In this document: piece after piece, positions 48,518 through 62,432 of the stretch
Layout of the letters: each line of letters starts with the position of its first letter
Numbering within the stretch: position 1 is the stretch's first letter
NCBI GenBank assembly: GCA_009103225.1
Contig: RHPI01001202.1
Coordinates: 119,206-183,205 of the forward strand
From: Chlorokybus atmophyticus
Taxonomy: Eukaryota > Plantae > Mesostigma and Chlorokybus algae
Reading direction: 5' to 3'
Length of the DNA: 64,000 bases
The notes under the pieces: model-generated
Seen by the model: only the letters and a program-made list of their open reading frames with translations
Database searches by the model: none
Told to the model about the DNA's origin: nothing
Made by a program: the position numbers and the translations under genes

Positions 48518-51500
48518 TCAAACAAGCTCTTCATCAGGAATAGTGTAACTCCGCCGCCAGTAGTTGACGTCATTGAACAACGAGTCTTCCTGGTTGGGTT
48601 TGTCCTCGACCGCTGTCGGAGAACTCAAACCTTGGTGCTGTGCTTTGCCAGCAATAGCATCACCTGCAGTCTCTGCTGGCACTTCCTCAGTGTCACCGAC
48701 CATGACCTGGTCGTCTTCGCCGTCAAAGCTGGCATGGTCTGCGTGCCGTGAAGACGCCGCATCTTCATACGACGTATGTGCATCTCCAGACCGGTCTGTG
48801 GGCGACGTATCGAAAGCGCTTTGCCTGCAAGCCATTTAATCAGCGTGGAACACGCATTTCAGATGAACAGAGCATGATCTCACCTGTCAAACTCAAACGA
48901 CGATGTGTTGTGCATTTGCAGCGAGGCAGGCACCTCCTTGACCCTCAGAGCATTTGCACCGTCTTCAGCTTGGTCGTTGCCCAAATGAAGGCTTGACATG
49001 ACGACTTCTGCTTACATGACATGTCACATCAATGGCTATCTTGTGGCTCTTGGTACATGGTGTGCACGTGACGAGCACAATGACCGTGGCCTGTGAAGTG
49101 TGCCACCCCTCTGCCCCGGCCTTGCATCCCAACGGCAACAAGAACACAAAGCACTACGCAATGCATGGCAAGTGTGATTGATGTATGTAATCACCTGCAT
49201 AGTATACATCTTGATCGTCGCCATCACCGTTGGCATCAGCTTCATCATTATCAAACATATCGTAGCGTTGATAGATAACGCGGTTGCTTATGATGTTGTT
49301 TGCCATATTAGAGAGCTCAAAATCCTGATTGCGGAAATCATCATCCCCATCACTGTCCAAGGGTGTGGGCTCTGAACGCACAGCTGGCCGACCACAACTC
49401 CACTTCAATACATTATTCCGCTCGTTGCGTTCATGCAAAGGACCAGCAACAAACGCCTGCAAACAGCGCAGTCTCCAACATCAGCAAGGTCGCAAAGAGA
49501 CCAATGGCCAGCCACAACATACATGTCAACAACAGCAGTACGCACCTGCCACTCTGTATTCTGGCTCAACAGTTGTTTCACCGCTGGTACAGCGTTGTAC
49601 GCGTCTACAACCTTATTCGCAATATTGCTCAGATGTCCCATATAGCCAGCCCTTAATGTGCCATCTCCTGCCCTTGCCCAGCAGTCTGATGTTGGAAGTG
49701 TGCCATCCGTGCGTATAATCTTGCCAATGAGGTCACAGTCTTGCAGCAAATGCAAGATGAGCGCCTCGTTGCCGCTGGTCAGGATCATCATGATGATGTT
49801 CTCAACCTCGTGATGAAGGAAGTTATTGAATGGGTACGTGAGCATCAGTTCCAACATCCTCGCAATCGCTCCTCTCTGCATCAACTCTGCTGCGACAACT
49901 TTGCTACCGGTTTGCAGAAGGATACTGGCAAACTGCACAATCTGCATGCCAACCAAGTAAGAAAGCTTGCAGAAAATCCTCGAGATCTGGCCTGCTGTCA
50001 AGTGCCCACCTTCAATCGATGTATGCCAAGAGGGGGCTGGAGCTTTCCATATGTGGTGGGCTGGACTTCAGCGTCATCATCTACACGCAATCTCTCTATA
50101 ACACATGGCAGCTGCTGCAGGATGGAGTCCATGACATCCGGCATTGTGGGTCTCAGCCCTGTATCACTCAGAGCAGACCCGCTGCGTCCCGATGCTTGGC
50201 TTGGGGTGGGAGATGCGGTTTTTGGGTCCATGAGTGCGATGCACACCGTGAGCCCATGAATTAACAATGACCCAGGTGAAGATGGTGACATGACCATTGT
50301 GAACAGCTTCCCCATATACCTGTTAAAGACAAAGACAAGCAACAGTGTTATGTCAACAAACTCCTTGCACAGACTTTGCCTCGGGCTAGCTGCAAGTGCT
50401 TACGTTGGGGAAGCTAGCTTAATCGCAAGCGCCGAAGGCGTGGTCCGTGCTATAGCTGCAAGAACCTCAGCAGCGTTTGCGTGCACGTCTTCCGAATTCT
50501 ACACACAAAAACACCGTACTCAGCAAGCCTCAATAACTCTATCGCGAACAGGCAATGGCCAAGAAGAGACACCCGAAGATGTTGTGCAGGAGGCAACAGC
50601 ACATGTGCATTTAGGCCATTCCCTTGTCTCCAATTTGGTGATTGCATGCAACCATCAGTTGCATGTCATCACATCAAGTCTAACCGCATTCACATTCATG
50701 GTATGTGGTGTGGTATAAGCAACTCTGTGTACCTGCGTCTCCAGCTTGTCCATTATCATGTCCAGAAAGTCCGTGTCCGCAAGCCACTGCACAACACAGC
50801 TACTGTAACAGCAGGTGCTGTCACACATGCCCAGAATGTAGGCATACAAGCAAGCATTCGTACCTGGGCAGCTTCTGAATGATTGCGCAACATATGCTCG
50901 TCGGCGCCAACCAAGCGCACAATCACCTGTTCATGCGATGTGCTATGGTTTGCACATGCACATATTGGCAACAGTGATGGCTTAGGATGCCACATTCTCA
51001 CCTCAGTTATGGATGTTGTCTGCACGTGATCAACCAACTGCTGCAAGACGTTCATGTGACTCTGCAAAACAACAGCGTTGTTTAGGCCTCAACAACCCTG
51101 ATGCCGCTAGTATGCACATGGCAATTACTCCGCGAGGCTGTTCATAACACTCTGAGCAAGACACTCACCCGCAGATACGTCATAACGTCATGTGGACGCT
51201 TGGCGAGCAAACATGTTATAACCTGCAGTGACAGTGCTCGAGTAAGAACTCAGCTCTTGCATTGGTCGCTTGCACTACGGACTGCAACTGGAGCGCTCTG
51301 CAAACAGGAACAAGAACAATAATGGAACATCCCAGCACCTTGCCAACATATCCAGCAAGAAGTGCGCTTAAGGGGGCAGGTCGCCGCAGAAAGCCGAAAA
51401 GAAGGTTCATCAGCTGCAAACCCGTTGCATCAGCAGAAACATCTTAATTGCGCATGCACTGGGGCATCACTGAACGCAGCAAGTCACCTCTTCATCTTCT

Positions 51501-52471
51501 AGCAGAGTCGTAAATATAACATCAATTTCGCATGTGAACACTTCACAAGCTAGGAAGGGGTACCTGAGCGAAGACACCAAGTTAACCTCAAGCGCATTAC
51601 AAGAGCTACAGCACATGGTACCATAAGATCTGCTCGTTAGCATCCTGTCGCATAAACAGCTTGAAGGATTGATCGATGCTGCGTGCGCGGATGGGGAAGG
51701 GGGAGGGGGGGTGGGAGGATACTTACTTGAACTTTCGTTTTTGGTCTGATTCATCTTCAGGTTGTTCAACTAGGTAACGCAGCAGTGCTTCAACTTGGGG
51801 CCTTGCGCGCAGACTGCAAGCAGCAAGCTTCTATCAATACCAGCAACATGAAGCAAGAACGAACATCATTCATCAGTCATCGCTGCTTCCGAACGTTGTC
51901 AACGCAGAAAGGCTGCATCATTGTGTCGCAGCCCATACAGCACTCACAATGCGATGAGTCGGCCATTTTGGGACTTGCACTCCTGTATCAAATCGTCCTC
52001 GTCTAAAAGGTCTTCCAACGTGTAGTTCCCCCTGTCCAACACTGTTTCCACCTGCGCAAAGAAGATGCGTGAAACCACGCCACAAAGCAGAACCAATTGG
52101 TCAGAAGGCCATGCGTAATGAACTGCATGCTACGGGCAATGCAGTAACTCAGGATGCTGCTAATCCTGTACATGGCAATAGCGGCTCGCTCAGTTGTTGT
52201 CACTTGCGACAAGCAATGCAGCATAAGCGCAAGATTTTTACAGACGTCAACAGCAAGTCCGAGAACCCTAGCCTGCATTTACACCATACATGCACATTGC
52301 TTTATGCATTGCGTGTATATGCATACAGGAGACATTAAAGCAGCCATATTGAGGCAAGCCTACTAGGGCAACGACGTGTGCAGCATCAAAGACACAATGC
52401 AAGAGCGACGACAATGTGCACGTCCAACTCACAGGAGAATTTGGCGCAAGGCCAGCGACGCGCCAGAACAT
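48518..52471 (-). CDS. SIT4 phosphatase-associated / PP6 regulatory subunit (SAPS family)
   Basis: Motifs MFWRVAGLAPNSP|VETVLDRGNYTLEDLLDEDDLIQECK, YPFLACEVFTCEID, PPLGIHRLK, YPFNNFLHHEVE, RAGYMGHL..IAN and C-terminal FNDVNYWR. Confidence 0.94.
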
Positions 52472-52519
52472 GTTTGAGTCATGCACAGCCACGTGCGTCC
52501 CTTCCCTTCCGCAACAACA

Positions 52520-52871
52520 AAACCCTAGCTCCCTCTGTCTGCCTCCGCGCCCAACCGACCGGAGGCAGCAGAGCTCTTGAGCTCGAACCCCAAAGACTGG
52601 CGCCCCAGACTTCGCAGAACGTCAGGTCCTAAGCTATCCGGCAAATGACGCAGCTGGAAGCAACGTTACCGGCCGCATGGACCACAACGGCGACCACGCC
52701 CACGCCGCCGTCCCACCCAACCAGCACCAGCTCAGCACCAACTACGCCAACGCCCACTTGCCGCCTGCAAGCTTGGACCGAAACCGTAACCTCCGCCCTG
52801 AACGCGTCGCGATCCACCGATCAGGACAGGCAGAACGTGCGAACCCGGATTGTGGATTAGGGTTAGGGTTT
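52520..52871. promoter_or_regulatory. Telo-box motifs in the SAPS/TFIP11 bidirectional promoter: AAACCCTA at 52520-52527 and TTAGGGTTAGGGTTT at 52857-52871
   Basis: Motifs read directly. Telo-boxes are established plant promoter elements of growth and RNA-processing genes; function here is inferred. Confidence 0.45.
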
Positions 52872-52923
52872 GGCGCAGGTGGAGGTAGCTGTGGAGGCAG
52901 CGGCGGCGGTGGTGGTCGTCGTC

Positions 52924-55900
52924 ATGGACGACAATGGGGAAGACAACGAGAGGTTTGGTATGGAGAACGACTACGAAGGTGGGAAGTTTATTGGGGATGA
53001 GTTTTACTTCACAAAGAAGCGGGATAAGCGGAAGCAGACCCGGGATGACCAGCTGTATGGCGTCTTCAACGACTCCAGCGATGACGACGACGGGGGCAAG
53101 GGTGGCGGCAGGGGTCGCAAGCGAGGCAGAGACACTGGAGGCCAAGATCGTGCAGACTACTCCAAGCCTATCGGGTTTGTCTCTAGTGGCAAGGTACCTG
53201 ATGTGTGCGCCGATTGGTGGACGTGCTTCAACCTTAGGCTCTGGAGCAGATCTACAGACTTCTTGTAGGATAATGCGCCCCTATCTCCTTTACAGCTGCT
53301 GTACCTATTGCACTGGCACTCAATCAGCACGTTGCGCGCATGTGGCCATGCGTGTAACATGCTGTCCGCACAGCATGCTGGATGGCTCTAGGAAAGATGT
53401 GTCAAGCATCTGTGTACAGCACGGCGTTCTGTGTACAGTTGCAGATTCACACAAGTCGGCAGCTGCTGTTGAAGCATCTTGCACATTCATACATGATTGT
53501 GCAACAGCACCTGCCCATGCAAACGCCAGCATCCGAAGCATGCGTACATACTGTGGAAACGTTACCTGCTTTGCTCCACAGTTCACCTCGTTGTTGACAA
53601 CAATATTGAGTTGTGAGTTGCTAGTGCTTGTGGTCTTGATAAGTCAATGAACTGGTTTCTCTTCAGGTGTTGCCAACGGAGCCGAAACAGGAGCCAGCTG
53701 CAGAGCCAAGTGAGCGTGCCGGCCTCGGAGCGAGTGGCCTAGGATTTGCTCCTTCTGGCAGGCAACAAGATGAGCTAGAGCAAGATGTGCTGCCCACCGG
53801 CTTTGGAAAGCAGATTCTGGAACGAGCACAGAAGAGGCGAGAGGCGGAGCAAAAGAAGAAGGAAGAAGAGCGTCGCCAGCAAGGAAGGGCGCAGGTCAGT
53901 GTCTGTGACAGTCATCGCAGCTGTGTGAGTATTAGCCGTGCCTGTGCATGTACACATGCATGCATTGCGCTCAATACTGACGCTCAGACCTGCGCAGGGC
54001 GTCTCCCCATCTGTTGGTATTTTTGAACAGCATACGAAGGGCATTGGAATGAAGTTGCTCCAGAAGATGGGCTTTACCGGCAAGCTTGGCAAAGATGAGC
54101 AGGGAATAGCCCAAGCTATTGAGGTGACGATGAGTGCACTGCAGTACCAGCAGATTGTGGTATGGTTTAGTGGCTGGGTTGTAATCTTGATTGGTCGTGG
54201 CTGCAGGTCAAAATGCGGCCCAAGAATATGGGCATGGGCTACAACGAGTACACAGAGCAGAGCAAGACAGGATTGGGAGTGAAGGCACCCTTGCCGGAGG
54301 TGGAGGCTCCGAAGGACGAGATCGCCGCACCATCTCAGAAGCTCTGGAAGAAGAAGAATGTTGCAAAGCGGAAGGTGAAGTACAAAACCGCGGCGCAGTT
54401 GTTGGAAGAGTTAGAGGAACAGCCTGCTGCAGAGCCCACCAAGGTTCTGGACATGCGAGGGCCACAGGTAATGTGATGAGCTTGCTGACTGCGGTTTCTA
54501 CGCAATATATTGGTAAGAGTTTTTTTTGTGACGGCCTACCTCTGCAGGTTCGTGTGCTCACCAATTTGGAGCATATGAATGTTGAGGAAACTGCAGCAGG
54601 GGAGGATGTGCCTATTCCAGAGCTACAGCACAACCTGCGTCTTATTGTGGATCTGGCGGAAGCTGATGTCCAGAAGATAGATAGAAAACTGAGGCACGAA
54701 AACGACTCCATCGCTATTTTGGAAAGTGAGAGAACCCGATTGGTTGAAGAGGTCGCTGAACACGCTCATCGGGTATGTAGTTGGCATCTCTTCTGTGCAC
54801 TCTGGGCTGCAAGCCGCACATCGATGTTGTTGTCTGCATGCTTATGTAGTTGCGCAATGCAGGAGGAGAGGTTGCAGACAGCACTTGCTATGGCAGAGCG
54901 CGTTGCCAGTGGGGGAGCTGCTTTGGAGCTGGAGGAGGCCGCAGATATATTCACCACATTGAAGACACATTTCCATGAGGAGTATGTTATGTACAGCATG
55001 GCATCATTGGCTTTGGCGCATGTTATGCCTAGACTATCTGCAGTGTTCCAGGGTTGGGATCCTTTTGCCCAACCATCCCATGGGTTGACTGTCATGTCGA
55101 CCTGGAGGAAGTTGTTAGCACAAGAGGGGCCCGCAGATTACCAGATTTTCCCAGACCTTGATACTGACACAGACGCCTACACACGTTTAATTGCGGGCAC
55201 ATTACTGCCGCCATTGCGGTCTGCTGCGAATAACAACTGGGACCCACGCAATGTGGAGCCAATGGTGTCACTGCTGGAGCTTTGGGAGCACATCCTGCCA
55301 GTATCTGTGCTGAACAACATCCTCATGCAGCTGGTGATCCCAAAGCTAACTAGAGCTGTGGACTCCTGGGATCCGCGTCAAGAGACTGTCCCCATTCATG
55401 CCTGGCTGCATCCTTGGTTGCCATTGCTCGGGGCGCACATGGAACCTCTCTATGCACCCATCCGATACAAGCTCGGTGTGGCTCTGCAGGCTTGGCATCC
55501 AAGTGATGCATCGGCTTATGCGTTGCTAAGGTATGATTGACAGGTTGCCAACCGCAAGTCATGAAGTCCTGTTGGTGCAGGCACGTTTGTAGCCTGCATG
55601 GCACGGATTGAGTGCTTTGACTCTTGGCTTGATGCTGACTGATTATGTATAGAGCATGTCCTGCACCAACAGGTGTGCACAGGCAGAGATGCAGTGTATG
55701 CTGCCTTGCATCTATGCTGACAGCATCTGTGTGTTGGCAGTCCATGGAAGACGGTGTTTGACCCCGTGAGTTGGGACCAGCTGCTTTCTAGGAGCATCAT
55801 TCCCAAACTAGCGTTTGCATTGCAAGAGCTGGTCATCAACCCTCACCAGCAAGTACTGGAACCGTTCCATTGGGTGATTACATGGGCGACCGCCGTCCCA

Positions 55901-56515
55901 ATTCATCACATGGTGGCAATTTTCGAGCAGTCCTTTTTCCCCGCATGGCACCAAGTGCTGTACCATTGGCTGAGCAACGCTCCCAACTACGACGAGGTGG
56001 TCAGGTGGTATCAGGGATGGAAATCCCTGTTCCCAGTAGACCTTCAAGCACACGAACGCATCCGGGCACAATTCACCATGGCTCTAGACATGATGAACCA
56101 GGCTGTATCGGGTGTGGCCCTTACGCAGCCTGGTGCCATTGAGCATGTCAGCTATCTGAGAGCTACAGAGCAACGGCGCATGGAAGCACAGCAGGCCGCA
56201 CCGCCGCCTCCAAGGTCGCAACCAGTGGCACCCTCTACTGCAGCTGATGCGGGAAGTTATCAAGCGGCTCATGAGATGTCCTTCAAGGAGCTTGTAGAGC
56301 ATTTTGCCCAACAGAACGATGTGCAGTTTCTGCCCAAAGTCGGGCGCTGGCATGAAGGCTTGCAGGTGTACGGGTTTGGTATGGTCAGTGTCGTGCTGGA
56401 CAAGGTCCTGCAGGTCATCAAGGCCCAAGTTGGGGATAGGTGGGCACCTACGTCTCTAGAACAACTGTTGGAGCTTCATCGCAGTAGAGTCAGCAGCAGA
56501 CGGGGCCATGCATGA
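52924..56515 (+). CDS. TFIP11: Tuftelin-interacting protein 11 / Ntr1 / STIPL spliceosome disassembly factor
   Basis: N-terminal ERFGMENDYEGG..QTRDDQLYGVF and YSKPIGFVS. G-patch FEQHTKGIGMKLLQKMGFTGKLGKDEQGI, followed by RPKNMGMGY. GCFC-like domain PELQHNLRLIVDLAE, PIHAWLHPWLPLLG, WHPSDASA and WYQGWKSLFP. Confidence 0.96.
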
Positions 56516-57033
56516 ATGTAGAGATTGATGTGTTGTACATTGTACGTATCCCTGTAGTTATTGCATATGGCCACATGCAAGCGGGCACGAGCCAACTGAG
56601 AACACAGCATTGCTAAAGCTGCTTAAAAGCTTGTCAGAAGTGACCTTTGCAGACTTCGCAGATGTGCTTGTTTTATTGGCTATTGCACATGGCCATTCAC
56701 GCAGCTTACCACGGTACTGGCTTGGTGTCATGCTATGATTCAGAGGTACAGCTTGTTATGTCAGAGCTGCATTGGCAGGATGGGCTGGCACTGGAAACCA
56801 GCGCCTCCAACCAGTTCTGGACCTTGGTCACATGGATGTTGTCCGGATGCTGGCATACTGTCAAGCATTGCACTGCAACAATGGGCTATTGGCTGCAGAC
56901 ACACTAGTCACAGACCTGAAACAGAAATCAACTGTAGACATGACCCACATGCTTCTGTGTCAACCAGGGGAAAAGTTACACATTCTGTTGCGCATTGTCT
57001 GCACCAGTGCCGACTGCACACACTGCAGGCACT

Positions 57034-58928
57034 TCAGCTCTCTTTTGTCCTTTCCTTCCTACCAAGCATTCCCAAACTACATGCGTATCGCCTATCCAGT
57101 TCAAACGCCCGTATGCAGTGGTGCTGCGAGGCACAAGGCAGTGAGTTGACGATGCCTGAAGTTGGTACCTGTAAAGTGCAAATCACACCCAAAAGAACGT
57201 ACTTGGGAGTATGTCACACGTGACATGGAGTTCTTTATCGCCAATGGTGGATAACGCGCCACCTCTTTCCCTTTCTCAAACAAGATGAATGTTGGCAGCT
57301 GCTTGGTAGGGGCTGCAGCATAACAACACGTCAGCAGGAGAACAGCATGCTCACGACAACACAATGAGAATGCTGCCACCTTTGCAATAAGAAGCAGTTC
57401 ACACCATAGCCAGGGAAATATGATGGTCAGGGCAGGGACTACCTGCAGTGTCGATGTCATATTCATTGGCTAGTTGGGGGAAGTGCATAACGTCCAACTT
57501 GCCGAACTTGAGGGTCTCCGTAGAGTACCTGCGAACATGGCATGCGATGATGACAACACCAGCCCAATGCGGGCTGCTGATCAGAGCAGCCAACCGCAAA
57601 ACAGCAAGGTCACACAGGGTAGTGCCAAGCATCTGTTGCCATGCCTTAGTGACATTGCTGCTAGCACAGGCTGGAAGTGCGTGCAAGGCCCATTCCAGTC
57701 GGCGTAAAACTCCACCTACCAAGTTCACAATGTGCGTGAGTGACATCACGCGTAGCTAGATTGCCCATGATGCAGAAGCCCACTTCCATCTGAGCGAGTG
57801 CAGCGTTGTCAGTTGCTTACCAACCAGGCAGCGGGACTTGCGGGTGACAGGACTTCTTCTGAAAATACCAGAGGGGTCAGGAACGAGATGTTCCCTGCAG
57901 AAAAAAACGCACACAGTTTACGAGGAATGCACTTGGATGTGGACGACATGCAACAGTGGCCTGTAGCTACGAGTCTTCCTACTGCACTTGCATGCACTGT
58001 CATATGCAAGGCAAAAGAAACTCACCCGGACCCTTGTACACAGGCTGCTTCAGCAGCAAGAACAGGACTGCGCATACACTCATTGTTAACCAACAGCGGC
58101 TGTGTGCATGACTTCTTGCAATACATGCCGTACACCACGATGCCAACTTACTGCCAAAAACAATGAGGTACCAAACCAAGGCACGCTTGTCCAGGTACCA
58201 CGCCATAACCAACACTCCTGCCTGCACATTGTGAGCTGTTTCAACACACAACAATGATCACGCAAACTGCCATAACCCCCAGGCACGACAGCAGCGGAGG
58301 TGTCTGTGCTTCTGCTCACCTTGGCATACAGGAGTGCATCAGCTAGAAAACCATCCAGGGTTGACATGCGATACACCTGCCAGGTGAGCAGAATCAGCTT
58401 CAAAGGCAAAGTGTGTGCCGCAATGCGTGTTGCATAAAGTTGCACAACACAGCAAAACCACTTAAAACACCGCAGTTGAGGCATGCAAAGAAGTCCATGG
58501 CAACATGCACGGGACCGCGGCACGGAACCATGCACGATTTTTGGTATTGCAAACCTTTGTTGCTGAGGCAACGCCTACTCCGGAGAGCGCTTTCCATTCC
58601 TGTGTACAATGGTGCATTGCAACACTGTTAATGGGAGCCAGCTTAGGCACTACGGCAAGAGCACACTCCGACCATTACAGGAAAACAACGTTGTCTAAGT
58701 CAAATACACACTACCTCCAATGCCACTGCGATGACACTAAGATATAATCAAGCACACTACTACTGCGTCGTCACTCACCCAACCAAGCATGCTCTCATGG
58801 CGGCCATGCGCTCCAGAACCCGTCAGCGCGAGCCGCAGGGGCCAGTACGACAAGATGACCAGAGCGTTGACCCAGTAAAACGCACCCAGGAAGCGCCTGC
58901 GCGCCTCACCCGCCGCCACCATCGCCAT
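57034..58928 (-). CDS. TMX2: Thioredoxin-related transmembrane protein 2-like
   Basis: Motifs FYWVNALVILSYWPLR, TLDGFLADALLYAK, LFLLLKQPVYKGP, RYSTETLKFGKLDV..FP, KQLPTFILFEKGKEVARYP and RAFELDRRY. Confidence 0.88.
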
Positions 58929-59660
58929 CGCCACCGCCACCGCCGCCGCTGCCGCCCATCACTACCACCACCTCAAGCAGTGACCCTTTCTGGCATAATC
59001 TCTGTTTGTGTGTTTGCGGTGCTACAACACTTTCCGTTTGCCAGGCAAAGCAGAGCCGCTATCTATGATCAAGAGATATCACTTTCAAAGGGGCTCACAA
59101 CTTCAGGGTTTGTGCAATGCGACCGGGGGAAGACAGTGGCGATTACCTGCTGCGGAGGCGGCGGTGGGGGCGGTTTGTGGGGTTCAGGGGCCATGTTGTA
59201 GAAGCGCTTCGCTTGGAGGGCGCCTTGGATTGCACACACGATGGTGGTAAATCTTGCGTCAAGCAGCTTGCGGTACAGGAAAGGCCGGACGCGCTGAGTG
59301 TCGCTTTGGAGGCGGCTGTGTTAAAGCATGTAAGATACATGGCTCCATTCTGTCTATCTTGTTTTGACAAGATTATCAGTGATCGTCATACACACGCACA
59401 GGTTATGATATTTTGACCACAGCAACCAGCCACGTCCATGCAGGACCGTTCATGCAGTAGTAGGCTAGGAGCGTTGCAACCAGACAACTCTTGTTCGCAG
59501 CTTGGGCGCTTCTCGGCAAGCCATTAGGGTTTAATCGCCTGTTTTCTGCTCATCTGTTTGAGCGCATGTGACTGACGTGACCCCTGCCAGCTTGCCACCG
59601 AGCTGCTTTTGTGCAACATTGGTAATTTGCGAGTAACAGCGCCGTTTTGAACGCGCATAG

Positions 59661-61940
59661 ATGCAAGCCCTGCGCCCGCCGCTAGCGACAGCAGCAGCAG
59701 TGAAGGCAGCAGTGCGCAGCGACACCCTACTTGGGCGTGCGTGGGAAATTATCTATACTGCTGATAGGTTTAGCGACATCGAGTTTCAGGGCGAGTGGCT
59801 TCAACAAGGCACTGCTCATTGTCAAGGTGCAACTCTCACATGCATGCTCTGTTGCTTACCTCTGTCAAGCGTGAATCAGTGCACAGCTAGTCACCGAAGG
59901 CAATGCTCATAATGCTCAGTGCGTGACCTCTGCGCTGTTCACACCGTATCATAAATACTTGCCCATCATGGTTGATACGATATGCAGGCAGCTCGCAAGA
60001 CACCGTGTACAATGTCACGGTTGGCGTGTTCTCCAACACGCACTTTGAGTGCTCATGTTCATGCCCGTTTGTGGAAGACAAGAAAAACCAGTGGTGCAAG
60101 CACTCGATTGCACTGCTGCTGCTTCGGACGGAGAGATTGAGGCAACAGTATGGCAGAGTCCAGAGCGCTGCTGCGGCGCCAGCTGGCGCAGAAGACAGTT
60201 TCGCTGCTGAAAACAAGGCAACAGCATCTGGTGAAGAAGATCTGCCTGACTCTGAACCCGCAGCACCCGATGGCTTCGCTCCCAACCCACTGCCACAGAC
60301 AGCATCGCCTGCACACAAAGCTTCCCTGCCGGTGCAAGTGCTGACTTCACCAGAGAAGTAAGCAAAGCCCAAGTATTAGCAGCATTGTTGTCACTTAATC
60401 ACCTAATCATGCCTGTGATGCGCATCTGTCTGTTTGACAGGCGTAAACCTCCACTTCAGCCTAGGCACACACCCCGTCGAGCTCGTAAGCGCAAAGGCCC
60501 TCCTCCAACACCTGCTGAAGGTAAGCGCAACATTAGCTCATCTCAGCAATGCAAGCGTTCAGTGTCCCGCTTTGCCTCCTGGCTTGAAGGAAAGGAGAAA
60601 CACGGTCGGAGCAGACAATCTCGGCCTGGACGCGGGAACCCACGAGAGGTTGAAGTTGTTGACGCGGGCATTGAGGACTTTGACCTGGAGGACCATGTTG
60701 CAATGGATGGAGGTCACCTTGGCAGTGGGTGGAGCAGTGACAAGCAGGACCACGGTGAACACCTGGCGTCCGCAGGCCGCGAACAGGTAGCATTGCACGC
60801 ACTCACCTAAGCGCACATGCACTTGGCCATGGTTGCAGGCCGGCATACGTTGCAGTGCGTTTCTGATACCACTTGTGTAGTATCTGCCCTTGTTTGCCAC
60901 CTGTCAGCAGCTGCCTTGGCTCATGCACGCTAACCATCCTGCAGGGCACTGCACCCTCAACACCGGAAGCTGTTGGACATGATCATGAAGAGAGCAGTAG
61001 GCAATCCGAGCGTGTGGAGTTGAAGTCAGCTGCTGTGGAGGCAAAGCCAGCGGCTGTGAAAGGCTGGCGGCGCATTTTTGGCAATGTTAGCCCCATTCCT
61101 GAGGTCAATGAGTTACCTTCTGCTAGCGCGGACCGCATGTGGACACTACCAAGCGTCGCTGAGTAAGTCTCCCTCAACCAACACATGCTGTGAATGACTC
61201 TGCTGACTGGCAATGGAGGAACTGTTGGAAGCCAATGACATGTAGGTCAAAGTGCACGGCAATAGACACCTGTTCCACGCAGGCATGCGCCAACTTGCTA
61301 TACAACTGCTTATACCAACATGTTGTTGGCAGGATCAACGCTGCGATGCAACAAGATCCCATCATGTCCGCTGGGGAATCTCCAGCAGACAGTGTACATA
61401 GTAGGAGTCAACAATTAGACCCTATCGATTCAGGTGTCGCCAGCGAGGGGACAGCTGTATTGGGGGATTCACCTGCAACGGTGAGTACGCTTACTTGTTG
61501 TGTGCCGATTCGGTGTTTACACACGGATACGGCCATGTACCTCTCTGTCAGTTATCAACCTGTGAAGCGTCATGCAGCTGCCTGTGAGACGACCCGTCAG
61601 AAAGCGGCTTCTTGCGGAGTGCCTCTCATCCGTTTTCGGTCTTGGCGGAGTCAACGTTGACAGGGTGACAAACATGACAGCTCTTGAAGCACCACAAGCA
61701 CCTCATCCGACCGCACAACACACAAATGTTGCAGCTGCAGTGTCATTGGCCTCTGAGCTGCCACAGGCACAGCCTGCTCAGGACAGCCATGCGCATGAAG
61801 TTGTCAAGCCTGTAGGTGACTCCAAACATGTGGAGCTTGGTGCTTCCGAGGAGCAGAAGCCCAAGGAAGATACGCCGAGGAAGAAGAAATCCTTGTTGGA
61901 GCGCATACAGGAAGCGAGGCTGAGTGCTTTGCAGCAGTGA
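59661..61940 (+). CDS. SWIM zinc-finger protein with long low-complexity C-terminus (start uncertain)
   Basis: GSSQDTVYNVTV..FECSCSCPFVEDKKNQWCKHSIALLLL fits the SWIM pattern CxC-x-CKH. Downstream exons have GT-AG boundaries and end ..SLLERIQEARLSALQQ*. Confidence 0.78.
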
Positions 61941-62432
61941 CACATGCACCCGGCGGCAACTGCTGTACAGCCTCTGGTTGCAGCCGTAGGAGGACACTAG
62001 ATTGCGCATTGGTTGGAGCATGCAGTTTGCGTTTGTTATTGTTATAGTCTATGTCGCACCAAGTGTTTGTCCAGTACGGACGTTTATGTTTTACGTGACG
62101 GTAGTTGCGGCTTATCGTTGTACACAAATAAGTTGTCCATGCGCTTAATCAGCTGCATCTGTGTGTCGCAATGCAAAGGAAATTGCCTACATACTCAAGA
62201 GGATGTACAATGCACTCCAACTCTGTTGAAGTACCAAGTCTTAATCAAGACTATAGTGTACATTTCGCACATGTGCAGTGACATCACTGCCACTGGCATC
62301 AACCCACTGAAAGCTCAGCACATGCTCGTGTCGATGGCATATTCCTTCCATCGCTAGTGCAAAACATCAGCCATTGCAAGCGTACTTACCGGATCGGCGG
62401 TGGCGGCGAGGGTGGGAGTGACCTGGTGGTCC

